Shown here one piece after another: positions 1 through 14,271 of a stretch of DNA of 64,000 nt. The stretch comes from Octopus vulgaris (lineage: Eukaryota), in contig OX597823.1 in assembly GCA_951406725.2 (NCBI GenBank), positions 102,238,001-102,302,000 on the forward strand, given 5' to 3'. The notes below the pieces were generated by a model. It saw only the letters and a program-made list of their open reading frames with translations, was not told the DNA's origin and did no database searches. How positions within the stretch are numbered: position 1 is the stretch's first letter; every line of letters starts with the position of its first letter. A program made the position numbers and the translations under genes.

Positions 1-12
1 ATGCTCTGATGG

Positions 13-1521
13 TTACTGTATTGAAAGTGTTCTGCGTAGGATGTGTGCAGTGCCCTGTAGTGCAATTTTCTGTATGTTATATGTGTTTGTAAGTCCTGGT
101 GTTTTTGTTATGTATTTGTTTGAATCTTTTTTTATCATGCCTAATGCACCTACTATAATAGGAATTGTTTTTGTTTTTAGATTCCACATTCTGGTTACCT
201 CTATTTCCAGGTCTTTGTATTTTGAAAGTTTCTCCATTTCTTTTAGAGACACGTTGTCATCTGCTGGTATTGATACATCAATTAGAAAGCATTTTTTTCT
301 TCATGATCTCTAACAACTATATCTGGTCTGTTGGCTTTAATTTCTCTATCTGTGTGTATCGGCATATCCCAGAGTATGGTTGCTTTCTCGTTTTCTGTGA
401 CCTTTTCTGGTGTGTGCCTATACCATCTTTTTTCTGTTGTTATTCCATAATGTCGGCATAGCTTCCGGTGTATGTAGGTCCCAACTCTGTCGTGTCTGTG
501 AATATATTCCTTCTTAGCCAGGACTGGGCAGCCAGAGATAATATGATTTATTGTTTCTTGTCCATCTCCACATATTCTGCAGTTACTTGTTATATTTCTT
601 TTCATTACATGTTTTTGGTAATTTCTGGTGGGGAGGCTTTGGTCTTGTGCTGCAATTAAAAATCCCTCTGTCTCTGCTTTGAGTCTTGAGCTTCTCAACC
701 ATAGCTGGGATTTTTCTTTGTCTATTTCTTTTGCATTTAGTTTAGTCCAGTATTTGCCGTGAAGGGGCTTTTCTTGCCATCATTTTATCATGGTTCGTTG
801 CTGTTCTAGTTTTAGTTTGGATTTCATTCCTTTTATAGCTTTTGTTGTTTCTTCATCTTCTTCTTCTTCTTATGACAAATACAAACAAGAAATCATACCA
901 CCTAACAAAGGTGGTATGATTTCTTGTTTGTATTTGTCAGCTTCCTTAAATACTGAGAACAGTTTTTTGTTTTGCTCATGTTTTGTAGCTATTTGTATCA
1001 GTTTTCCTTCCTTCTGAAGTAGATATTTTTTGCAGTCCTATGGTGGTTATTTTATAGTAGTTTTCTAGCTGTATAAGGCCTCTACCACCTTCTATACGTT
1101 GTATATATAGCCTTTCTATGTCAGATTTTGTGTGATGCATCCTAGATCCTGTCATTATTCTTGTTTTCCTATCTATTTTGGTCAGTTCATTTAGTGTCCA
1201 GTTAAGGATATTGTAGCTGTAACTTATAACTGGGACGGCTAAAGTGTCAATATCTATTATCTTGTTTTTAGCATTGAGCTCTTTTTTTAGTATTGATCTA
1301 ACTCGTCTATAGTATTCTTTTTTTTTTATTTTCACTTTCATTTGTGTGTGTTGTGTCTTATCTAGTTCATGGATTCCTAAGTATTTGTAAGTTTGGCTTT
1401 GGTCTAATTCTTTTATTTCGTTGGTTTTATCTAGTGTGATGTTGCTACTCTTAACTAGTTTTCCTCTTTTCAGGGTTACTTTGGCACATTTTTCTAATCC
1501 AAATTTCATATCTATTTCTTT
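13..1521 (-). mobile_element. 5'-truncated RLE-type non-LTR retrotransposon (R2 group, Dong/R4-like), frameshifted
   Basis: Minus-strand ORF pieces give RT C-terminus (MKFGLEKCA, YKYLG, GGRGL), CCHC knuckle (CRICGDGQETINHIISGC) and RLE motif (RPDIVV...KYKDL). The 5' end abuts (TAA)n. Confidence 0.9.
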
Positions 1522-1522
1522 G

Positions 1523-1575
<53 letters not shown>
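1522..1575. repeat. (ATT)n microsatellite flanking the Dong/R4-like element
   Basis: Direct reading. Confidence 0.95.
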
Positions 1576-1576
<1 letters not shown>

Positions 1577-2398
1577 TGTCAGTTTGAAAACCATTGCTTC
1601 AAGGTTCAAGACCCGCACCAGAGTTGTGTATGTGTGGATGAAGGAAAGAGAGAGAAAGAGGGGAACAAAAAGAAAAACCGGAAGCGTAGAAAATATAAAA
1701 GGGAAACAAAAATAAATGTGTAAAAGGACGAGGGAAAGAATGAAAGAGAAATAAGAGATGGTGTTTATCTTGGTGTATCGCAAATGATACAATGGTTTTG
1801 TGTATGGCGGGATTATATTTGTAAGAGACAGACGGGAAAAGCAAACAGGAATAAGCAATAGAAAGTAAAGGGACTGAGGCTATAGAACATACTTGAAACA
1901 GATAGAAGTGAGAGAGAGAGAGACAGACAGACAGACAGATAGACAGACAGACAGACAGACAGACATACAGACAGAGAGAAGAGGTACAAAGAACAGGAAG
2001 CATAAAGAGTGTTTGTTATGGAAGAGTGCAAAACACTACACGTGTGTGTTTGTGCGTGTGTGTACTTATATATGAGTGGTATTAGAAATAGTTTATTCTG
2101 AGAGTGGCGTACAAATTTATAAAGATTAATTGGAAGATAGAGAAAGAGTAGAAGTTAAAATGTTGAAAAAAATTATGGTTATGGACCGAGAGGGGAAATG
2201 AAAATGCAAAAATGGATAGAGGTGAAGTGATGGAAGAATAAATGCTTTCTTTGGGAGAGTAGAAATAGCTAAAATATTCCAATCAAAACAGTCGTAGTCA
2301 TAAATATAAGAAAACGTTTAAAAAATAAAGCAAGATGAAAAATATTTACAATAAAATAAAATAAAGCAAAGTGAAAAGTTTGCAAAAATATTTATTTA

Positions 2399-2799
2399 AC
2401 TCTTTTACTTGTTTCAGTCATTTGACTGTGACCATGATGGAGCATCGCCTTTAGTCGAGCAAATCGACCCCAGGACTTATTCTTTATAAGCTTAGTACTT
2501 ATTCTATCGGTCTCTTTGGCCGATCAGCTAGGTTACAGGGACGTAAACACACCAGCATCGGTTGTCAAGCGATGTTGTGGGGACAAACACACACACACAC
2601 ACATACACACATATATATATATATATACATATATACGACGGGCTTCTTTCAGTTTCCATCTACTAAATCCAATCACAAGGCTATGGTCGGCCCGAGGCTA
2701 TAGTAGAAGACACTTGCCCAAGGTGCCATGCAGTGGGACTGAACCCGGAACCATGTGGTTCATAAGCAAGCAACTTACCACACAGCCACTCCTACGCCT
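2399..2799 (-). mobile_element. tRNA-derived SINE, family A (head GGCGCAGGAGTGGCTGTGTGGTAAG)
   Basis: Near-identical copies at 11893-12305, 37484-37953 and 39504-39896. A/B-box-like head and internal microsatellite. Confidence 0.85.
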
Positions 2800-3057
2800 A
2801 TACATTTTTAAAAAAATAAATACAGCAAACGAAACCATTGGTAATAAAATAAATAAAATAGAGTCAAGTAAAGTAGAAAAGTTCAAAATATTTAGTAGAC
2901 AAAAAGCAAGTCCTTTTGACGATAGTGAGAAAAATACTCACAAAGAGAGAGACATGACAGTTTACTAAAATGTTGCAATCGTGTATGAAAGGCCTTAGAA
3001 TAACCTTTAGCTATTAGAGAGATATTAATGGAAATCATGGAGACCATATCTGCAAGT

Positions 3058-3372
3058 AGTATACCCATCATGACTACCCGTCTGATAAGGGTACACTAGG
3101 CACATGCATCACAACCATATGTGCGTGACATGGTGATCTCATATCAAGATAAACAGCACATGACCTTGCAGGTGGGACCCAGTTAGAATTTTCTTCTAGT
3201 CGAGTAACCCATCCTGCTCAAAAGGTCCCTGAATAAGGGTTGTTTAAGGATGTTGAACGAAACACCCATGTTTCCAGAGGGGAAATATTCAAACCCCAAA
3301 GAATCCCTCTCAACACATGGTTATGATGCTCCCCCACTACTTCTGCTCATGATCAGAGATGCACATATCCTC
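3058..3372. repeat. Partial copy of the ~550-bp dispersed repeat at 39910-40457
   Basis: High identity to 39969-40283. Confidence 0.85.
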
Positions 3373-3745
3373 AGACCAAATGCGAGTTACGTAAAGTACA
3401 TAACTGCATGGGGTTTCCAAAAACAGCAACGAAGAATTTCGAGGAAATGACAAAAAGATTAAAGCTATTCCGCCTATTGATTGCAAAATATTCAGCCTGT
3501 AAGTAGGCTGAGGCTTCTTAGTATAAACATATTGATGACGCCATTTTGAGACCATCACATTCCTAGAATTCAACAGATTGCCAGGAGCTACCAAGATGAA
3601 GAATTCATCAATGATACATATATTCAACATGATCCGGAATTTATAGAATATTAATTAGAAACTGTACGACAGACAACAGTTTATGAAAAATTATAATGCT
3701 TTCGTTTTTTTTTTTTAGTTACCATACGTCTTGCAAGAGGGAATC

Positions 3746-3783
<38 letters not shown>

Positions 3784-4102
3784 CACTGGTTATCTAAAAG
3801 AATAATAATATATTTACTTTTGAAGGTACGCTGTTAAGCTCAAGTAGGTACGTCTGGTTTACCAGCTTTATTTGACACAGAATACCCATCCCATCAAGGA
3901 AACATAAGCTAATGCTAGCACAATCATACTGGTGTTAACGGGCGGAATAGTGTTTCTTACTTCCTTTTGTTGATACCAGATAGCAAACTCTTGATATTTT
4001 AGTATAGCTGTAGATAAATGTTCCATGTTTCTGTCAAAAATCTTGTTGCACCTATGGCTTAATAAGTATTTTATCAAGTTTAAGAAAGTTGTGGGAAATA
4101 TT

Positions 4103-5990
4103 GGAAGCTACTCATAGTATCCATCTATGGCGGGTAAAATTTCCGAGATCCATGGACGAGTTCTCACCAGCGGGTTCTGTCCCTCATCATCGCTGCTATG
4201 TCCTGTGTCTCCCAGAGACCAGTCTCTGTCCTTAAGGCATCAACATTTGTCATCTTCGGTCTCCCTCTTCTAGTTTATCCGTGAAGGGGCTCCCACAGGA
4301 ACACTGAGTCCAGTATCAACTCAGGATGACAGTGAGCATGTCCAGCTAACCTCAGTCTCCCCTGTATTATTTTAGAGCTAACTATTGAGAGGCTCTCGTA
4401 CAGCTGTGAGTTCTTCATCCTCGGTGTATACTGATTAATGTTCAAAGCCATCCTCAGCATTCTCGTGTAGCACCCATCCACCACCTGGGTGAGTTTCTTG
4501 GTCAGTGTCCAAGTCTCAAACCCGTACAACGGCACAAACTCCACTGCAGCAAGGAAGAGACGGATCTCTAGATCTTTAGGAAGGTTCGACTTCCATACAG
4601 ATCTCAAACTGTGGCATACCGCCCAGGCTTCCTCTCAACAATATCACTCTCTGTGTTCCCAATCTTTGCTCCCAGATACAGGAAGTCCTCACCCAATCCT
4701 AGTGGCTTCCCGCCAACATTCGTAATCTTCTCTGGCTTCCTAATGTTCTCTACCAGATACTTCGTCTTAGTTTCATTCATTTTCAGCCCAACACTACGTT
4801 GTCAGCAAATTCAGCATTTGATATCTTTTTAGCCTTGACCCTCCTGCTCTGAGCAGGCACTACAGTAAATCCATAGTCCCGGCGTTTCTCCAACGCAAAG
4901 CGCATATCACAGTCCACAACAATGATAAAAAGGTAGGGAACCAATGTATCTCCCTGAAGCACTCCAGACAGTATCTCAAAGAATTCCGTCATCTCATCAG
5001 ATGTAATGACTTGGGCTCTTGGTGTTGCTGTAGAGTAGTGGTAATAGGTCCACTATCTTCTTGCGGATTCCATAAGCCTGTAAGATCATCATCAGGCAGT
5101 GACGGCCCACAGAATCAAAGGCCTTCCTAAAGTCGATGTAAACCATGACAGCAGGAAGACTCTTTGCTCTAGCTCCCTCTAATATCCTCCTCAGCATTAA
5201 GATGTGACTGGTGGTTGATCTTCCCTCTATGAAGCTTTTCTGGTTGTCCTGGAGTTTCTTCTCCATCTCGGGTTGGATCCTATTAAGAATCATCCTGTTG
5301 AGGGTCTTTGCCACGAATGACATCAGTGAGATCTCCTTGTAGTTGTTGGTGTTAGAGAGATCTCCCTACTTTGTCACTGGCACGCTGTTACTGATCCTCC
5401 ACTGATTTGGGGCAATTCCTTTTTCCAGTACCTGATTACAGAACTCCAGGACGATACCATCAAAATCACTCCTCTTCATCACCTCTGGTGCTACTCCATA
5501 GTCTCCATAGGCCTTGTCCTCCTTGATCTTCCTCTTGGCTCTCTGAAGCTCCTCTTAGACGAAGGGTCCTGTCTCAATATCCAGTTCCTCAAACAGCTGC
5601 CTGATCTCCCCAGTGTCCTGGGTTGTGGAAGGTGGCTCTCCCAGTAGGGTCTTAAAATGGTCCAGCCATTTACTCTTCCTATCCTCGGGCCCTGTTCCCT
5701 GAATCTGAGTCAAACTCCCTCTTTTCCTCCGTGTGATCTTGTTGATGATCGACCAGCTCTCTTTACCCCTACACCCGTCAACCGCTCTCTCCATACTTCT
5801 GATCTTCTTTATCAGTGCCTCTTCTCTGGCCTCAGTGTAAGCAGTACAGAGTTCTTCCTTCATTACCTCCACATTCTCCTTCCTCTCCTCCGTAGGATCA
5901 GCAAGGAATTGGTCCTTGGCTGCTTTCAGATGTTCTCTAGCTGCACACACTTTTGGATCTGTATACCCATTGTATGAAAGAGGATTAAAC
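4103..5990 (-). mobile_element. RTE-clade LINE remnant (RT and thumb), frameshifted
   Basis: Motifs YIDFRKAFDSV, GVLQGDTLVPYLFIIVVD, FADN, YGFETWTL, RLRLAGH. Confidence 0.88.
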
Positions 5991-6507
5991 CCCATAATAT
6001 TGCATTTACGTGACTTTTTTTAATACAAAAAAAGACATTGCAGAGTTTTATGTGTCCTTACAATAATGCTGGAAGTTATTGTAATTCTTAAATTAAAATC
6101 GTTGAATGCATTAATAAAATCGTCTCAACTCTTATCAAACAGACGGTTCATATGACGAGAAATTAACAGGCTATCTTTTCTATAAAGGCCAAAATCTGTG
6201 AGGTTGAATTTCTTCTAGATATATAATCCTACAAACTCACAAATCTCAGCTACTTCATACGATCCTAGAAAACTCAAAACCTCGCGTAAATATTCCATCT
6301 TTCTGTATCTCGCTCGCTCTTCCCAGCCTCGTTATGCATTTATTTATTATTTTTTTTTATGTATCAACTCTTCCACTTTCTGTCACTTCGTCCTTCTGTT
6401 TTCCATTCTCTTTCTTTCTCCCTTTTCTCTCGTTGTACTTTCTCTCTGTCTTCACTTATATAACGATATGTTACTCAACCGTCACATTTGCGCGAATACA
6501 TTTTTAT

Positions 6508-6537
<30 letters not shown>

Positions 6538-6543
<6 letters not shown>

Positions 6544-6733
6544 AAATGGAGGAACAGATTCATTTCAATCATCGACTTACAGATATTACCAATTCATATT
6601 ATTTGTTAACTACATAAATAGGAACATCCAAATCCAACAAAACATGTTCCTATTTAAGTAGTTAATAAATAATATGAATTGGTAATATCTGTAAGTCGAT
6701 GATTGAAATGAATCTGTTCCTCCATTTTCTTAT
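6538..6733. repeat. Inverted repeat with ~90-bp arms (6538-6627 / 6644-6733) and a 16-nt spacer
   Basis: Arms are reverse complements with a few mismatches. Preceded by (TA)n. Confidence 0.92.
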
Positions 6734-6737
6734 TTGT

Positions 6738-6853
6738 AGAGCTTTAAGTGTTTTCACTCAATAAACACACACAACGCCCGGTTTGGGAATCGAAACCGCG
6801 ATCTTCCGACTGCGAGTCTGCTGCCCTAACCACTGGGCCATTGCGCCTCCACA
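6738..6853 (-). mobile_element. tRNA-derived SINE family B head (GGAGGCGCAATGGCCCAGTGG)
   Basis: Matches 11514-11815, 54694-55060 and 59202-59480. Confidence 0.8.
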
Positions 6854-7085
6854 TTATATATATCTATACAAACATGTATATACATATGCATATATGTATA
6901 CATACATATATAAATAAATATATATGTATGTATGTATGTATGTATGCATGTATGTGTGTGTACGTATGTATGTATGTATGTATGTATGCATGCATGCATG
7001 CATGTATGTATGTATGTAACAGAAGTAACAGAAGATTATATATGATATAACAGAACTTAGAAAAAAGAGGCGTCACTCGCATATG

Positions 7086-7559
<474 letters not shown>

Positions 7560-9739
7560 CTGGGACTTCTCGTGTTTCCCTTTTGAATATTTAGAGTAAA
7601 ATTTAATATCATATCATAAGAGACCAAGGGAGTCCATTGTCATACTTATGACTAGTGGAGACGATGGTGGGCTCTTGGAGTTACCTAGTCACGAAAGCAT
7701 ATTGATACAACCTCAACCCACGAGGAAGTTATCCTGTGATTCTAACAGGTCACAGTTCTAAAGATGACGAGAATGTCACCTCGTGCCCGGTCTCGAAAAT
7801 GAACGACCAGGAAATAACGAGAGGATTAATAGGTAAAAATAGCAGTAGTGTAATTCACCCAAATAATATTCCGAACAATTTTAAAACATACTTAATGATA
7901 TTGTATCGTGTTTAAAATAATATTTAGAGTAAAATTTAATATCATATCATAAGAGACCAAGGGAGTCCATTGTCATACTTATGACTAGTGGAGACGATGG
8001 TGGGGGAATAGTGAACAAAATTTTTCCAGAGTGGCAACAACAGTAGGAGATTTTATTCTAACAGGTCACAGTTCTAAAGATGACGAGAATGTCACCTCGT
8101 GCCCGGTCTCGAAAATGAACGACCGAAATAACGAGAGGAAGGGGTGAGGATGTAAAATAAAGATTTCCAATCTGTCAGATAGGGTTCGAAAAAGTAGAAG
8201 ACCTCGAAAAGAAGGACGAACTTGAGCAGAAGACAACCTGAGAGAGTGAGAAGGAGACCTCTTCTCTGACTGACGACGGCGAAAACGATATGAGATTCAC
8301 GGTCCTACGAAGGACGAGCAAGTACCTCATAAACAGAATGATAGATATTGCTTAGATTTGTTAATTACGGAAAGTAGGGCCAGTATACAGACCTTTAGTA
8401 AAAACAGTAGAACAATATTACCACATACCATGGTTGAATATCCAGAAAACGTTAGTTGTCTCTTGTTTTGCCTCATTCCACACAAAAGATTTTTTGCAAG
8501 TTATTATGAGTGCAGCGAGCTCCAGTTTGAACTGTGATAGGTGGGACGAGACATGGAGCTGCTCTAACCCGTTGTAACTAGTGAGGTCAGTTGGTTCTAA
8601 TCCATTGTGAAGGTAGAAAACAAACCTAATTTTTTCCCAAGATACTTTTTAAATAATATTTTTATTATATGTGTTGCATGTTTCTTTAAACACTTAGTGA
8701 ATACACTATTGTGAATACACTATTTGTTTGTTTTTACTTATATTTTTGAAGTGCCTTCTTGATATAATATTTCAGAAACACCTTCAGTACTTCATTTTGA
8801 TATAAACTTGCTTGTTCATCTTATACATTCTGTAAACCTTTCGTCTAAACGCATCAACGTATGAATGTAGTTGGTGCACGAAATGTATTCTGTACGTATG
8901 AATAACTTCAATAAAATTGCCTTCCGTTGCTTAATAAACGAAATTTTGAAATCTTTATCAAATAAAAGAAAGTGTTATTGTTGTTACTGTTGTATTGTTA
9001 CTGGTGCGGTCGTTGTTATTGTGGTGGTTGTGGTTGTTGTGTTTGTTGCTTTTGATACAACGGAGAATCAACAGAAGCTGGTGTCGCAGACAAATTACCT
9101 TCCGTTTTATAGTTTAATGTGTCTCTGTGCATTGTTTTCAACCCCCAACCGAGACCGCAATTGGTCTTGTCACTCTTCCAATATCGCTAAAGCAAATAAC
9201 AGTAATGTAATAATAGAAAAGCTCATCCGACAGACGGAACAAAGTGTGACATTGTGTCTGGTGAAAAGAAATCAGTTTTATTGTAGTTATTTTCTAACGT
9301 AAAGCCTTGGACTTTCTGAACTGGAACAGGATGACTTTCTAGTTATACACCACGTGACAGCGCTTGTGTGTGTGTGTGTGTGCGTGCGCACGTGTGTGTG
9401 TATGTGCGATGTACGTATGGTGCATGTGTTTTGCGTGTGTATACTTATGTGTGTGCGTATTGCATGCACACGTGCGAGATATACTGGTGTGTTGTGTATA
9501 TTTTATATATAGAATATGCGTCGCGGGGTGTATAGTAGGGTACGGATATGTATGTGTGCGTGTGTGTGTGTATTTGGTTTCATGGGTACGTCTGCGTGAT
9601 GTGTATGTATGCATGCATGTATGTATGTATGTATGTACGTGTGTGGTCTCTTCTATGCGATGTCTAAGTTGACACGTCCGCGGATCTAGTTTTTTTTTTT
9701 CATTCGCCGCTTCTATCTCTTTAACATCTATCTTTTCTT

Positions 9740-9910
9740 TCACATGTTTCAGTCATTGGATTGCGGCCATGCTGGGGTACCGCTTTGAAAAGTTTAGTCG
9801 AACAAATTGACCCCAGCATTCTTTTTTTCAGCCCGGTGCTTATTCTGTCGTCATGTTTTGCCGAACCGCACCACTAAATTGCAGGAATGTAAATAAGGCA
9901 GAGGCTGGGG

Positions 9911-9971
<61 letters not shown>

Positions 9972-10124
9972 ATAGACTTCCTCAGATTTCCGTCTATCAA
10001 ATTCACTTACAAGGCATTGGTCGGCAGGAGTCTACAACAGCAGAAGACATGTGCCCAGGGCTCCGAGCAGTGGAACCGAACCCAAACCAAGTGACTGCAA
10101 AGCAACCTTCTTAACCATACAGCT
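9740..10124 (-). mobile_element. Diverged SINE family A
   Basis: Similarity to 2399-2799. Confidence 0.7.
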
Positions 10125-10669
10125 GTGTCTATAGCAAAAAGACAAAAAAACAAACAAACGCTAAAAACTAAAAAGAAGAGAGGTGACAGATATTCAGAGA
10201 GACAAGTAAACAGCCAAACGGACAGACGGACAGACAAGCAACAAAAGAGTTACAAGATTAGTTGGTTAGTAATACGTCTTGAAAAGACGGCTGACATTGG
10301 CACAGTTTGTAATTTGGAGGAAAGGAAGGGAATAATTATACGAACACCGCATCCAGAACGCAGTCAATTCATTTAATAAAATCCATCAAAGCAGGTGTTT
10401 AATTAATGGCGATGTCAATAGAAGAGGTTTTATTTTACTTCTAAAGGTTCGGAAGTGTCTTTAGGGTGACTCATTTGTCTGGTTGTGTATCCCATGTGCG
10501 TTAAAAACACAGTGAAACTACAACAAATTCTCTTTGTAGCAATATCACTTTCGGCTTGAGTCTCACTCCCTTCATGTGTCTGTCTCTTTCTTTCTCTCTT
10601 TTTTTGCGCATGTGTGTGTGTGCGCGTGCGCATGTGTCTATGGTCTTTGAATTGTTAGAGCATATAATA

Positions 10670-10727
<58 letters not shown>

Positions 10728-10780
10728 TGAATTGAAGAAATGGAGCTGAACGCAGATTGAACAGAAATCGTTTTATTTCA

Positions 10781-10859
10781 TTCTACACGTGTTTCGAAAG
10801 GCACAATTTCCCAAATCCGATTGAATAATGGGACCATATTGTGTCTTTCTCTTCAGGAA
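10781..10859 (-). ncRNA. Type I hammerhead ribozyme motif (left-arm mirror copy)
   Basis: Reverse complement of 11040-11118. Confidence 0.75.
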
Positions 10860-11039
10860 GAATATAGGAAATCCGTTGGAAAAAACAAAAACAGAATAGA
10901 GGCGGAGCAAAAACAAATCGAACTATGCTCCTAAGAGCCCATGGCGAAACTTCGCCATGGGCTCTTAGGAGCATAGTTCGATTTGTTTTTGCTCCGCCTC
11001 TGTTCTGTTTTTGTTTTTTCCAACGGATTTCCTATATTC

Positions 11040-11118
11040 TTCCTGAAGAGAAAGACACAATATGGTCCCATTATTCAATCGGATTTGGGAAATTGTGCCT
11101 TTCGAAACACGTGTAGAA
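11040..11118 (+). ncRNA. Type I hammerhead ribozyme motif with extended stem II
   Basis: uuc-CUGAAGA-[gaaagacacaau...auugugccuuuc]-GAA-ACACGUGU-A^gaa. Palindromic stem III, GUA triplet. Confidence 0.75.
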
Positions 11119-11328
11119 TGAAATAAAACGATTTCTGTTCAATCTGCGTTCAGCTCCATTTCTTCAATTCACCAATAATGTTTTAATTTCAATTATCCGC
11201 ACCAACGCACGGTTGCAACACCATATGGTTGTACCTCCAACCGTGCTGTTTACTGCTGTGATTTTTGCTACTAAGGTATCGGTTAAACCTTTGATTAATC
11301 TACTACAAGATTATTCATCTTTCTATTT

Positions 11329-11815
<487 letters not shown>

Positions 11816-11892
11816 ATATATATATATATGCGTATATATATATACATCTACATATATATATACATATATATATATACATATATATATACATA

Positions 11893-12305
11893 CTCTCTTT
11901 TACTCTTTTACTCTTTTACTTGTTTCAGTCATTTGACTGCGGCCATGCTGGAGCACCGCCTTTAGTCGAGCAAATCGACCCCGGGACTTATTCTTTGTAA
12001 GCCCAGTACTTATTCTATCGGTCTCTTTTGCCGAACCGCTAGGTGACGGGGACGTAAACACACCAGCATCGGTTGTCAAGCAATGCTAGGGGGACAAACA
12101 CAGACACACAAACACATACACACACACACACACATATATATACATATATACGACAGGCTTCTTTCAGTTTCCGTCTACCAAATCCACTCACAAGGCATTG
12201 GTCGGCCCGGGGCTATAGCAGAAGACACTTGCCCAAGATGCCACGCAGTGGGACTGAACCCGGAACCATGTGGTTGTTTAGCAAGCTACTTACCACTGCT
12301 GCGCC
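11893..12305 (-). mobile_element. SINE family A
   Basis: Copy of 2399-2799. Confidence 0.85.
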
Positions 12306-12467
12306 TATATTTACATATATATTGGCCTGCTTGCTTAGCCAGCGGGGTGGCGTCATTTGAAAGCTGTAACAATGCGAAGCGCATTGTGACCAGGGATGTG
12401 TAGCAACATCTGATAGCCTGGTCGGTCACGGTGATCACGGTGATATATATATATATATATACATATG

Positions 12468-12578
<111 letters not shown>

Positions 12579-12696
12579 TAGTAAAAAGTGAAAAAACTAC
12601 AGAAGGCTTGTTTTAAAAGGTTAAAAATATATATATATTTGAGTCAATATGTCTGAAGAATATTATAAATTTTTTCCTTACAATGACATAATTTAG

Positions 12697-12736
12697 AAGA
12701 AATGACCGGTTTCGCGTTTAGCTTTTCAAATTTCTT
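12697..12736 (-). ncRNA. Minimal type I hammerhead, U3-A8 core variant
   Basis: aagaaau-UUGAAAA-gc(uaaac)gc-GAA-ACCGGU-C^auuucuu. Perfect 7-bp stem I, GUC triplet. Confidence 0.75.
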
Positions 12737-13160
12737 ACATTGTTATGTTTATGTTGAGAAGAGTTATCATTATGTTTATGTTGAGAAGAGCTCTAGATAA
12801 GGGGCGGGGTAATAAGTGATTTCTTCCGGTGTAAGGCAGATTATCGCTTAAAATTTTTTTGCCTTTCCTTTGGGGTGAATTTCTCTGTATAAGTATGTTG
12901 GAATGGTTAAGTCTGGGCTTATACTTTTCAATGAAGAATGTTTCCTTGTTTAGTCTAATTTGTGTTGGTGTTCCGATAGCACATTGGTAAAATGGAAAGA
13001 TTAATAATTGTGGTAGTAGTTGCTTTGCGCATTTCTCAATGTGCTCACTAAAAGGTATCATTCTGTATTCTGGGAATGCAATCTGTTTTCGATGCAGTGT
13101 GCATCTACGTCTGAGTGATAGTCCCGTGGATCCCACGTAGTCTTGGTGGCAGCCCGAGCA
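12735..13160 (-). mobile_element. Penelope-like element 3' fragment (GIY-YIG endonuclease C-terminal part)
   Basis: CHQDYVGSTG..LRRRCTLHRKQI...RLNKETFFIEKYKPRLN, followed directly by an HHR. Confidence 0.75.
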
Positions 13161-13170
13161 TTTTATGACA

Positions 13171-13234
<64 letters not shown>

Positions 13235-13339
13235 CGTGACCGACCAGGCTATCAGATGTTGCTACACATCGCTGGTCACAATGCGCTTCGCATTGTTACA
13301 GTCTTCAAATGACGCCACCCCGCTGGCTAAGCAAGCAGG

Positions 13340-14155
<816 letters not shown>

Positions 14156-14271
14156 TTGACTGCGGCCATGCTGGAGCACCGCCTTTAGTCGAGCAAATCG
14201 ACCCCGGGACTTATTCTTTGTAAGCCCAGTACTTATTCTATCGGTCTCTCTTGCCGAACCGCTAGATGACG

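Larger units (their letters stand above)
10726..11173. repeat. 448-bp near-perfect palindrome (2-nt loop at 10949-10950)
   Basis: Arms are reverse complements with one mismatch seen. Confidence 0.97.

Noticed and set aside
10783-11116. Two near-identical 63-aa ORFs on opposite strands
   Set aside because: They are a by-product of the palindrome and show no coding hallmarks.
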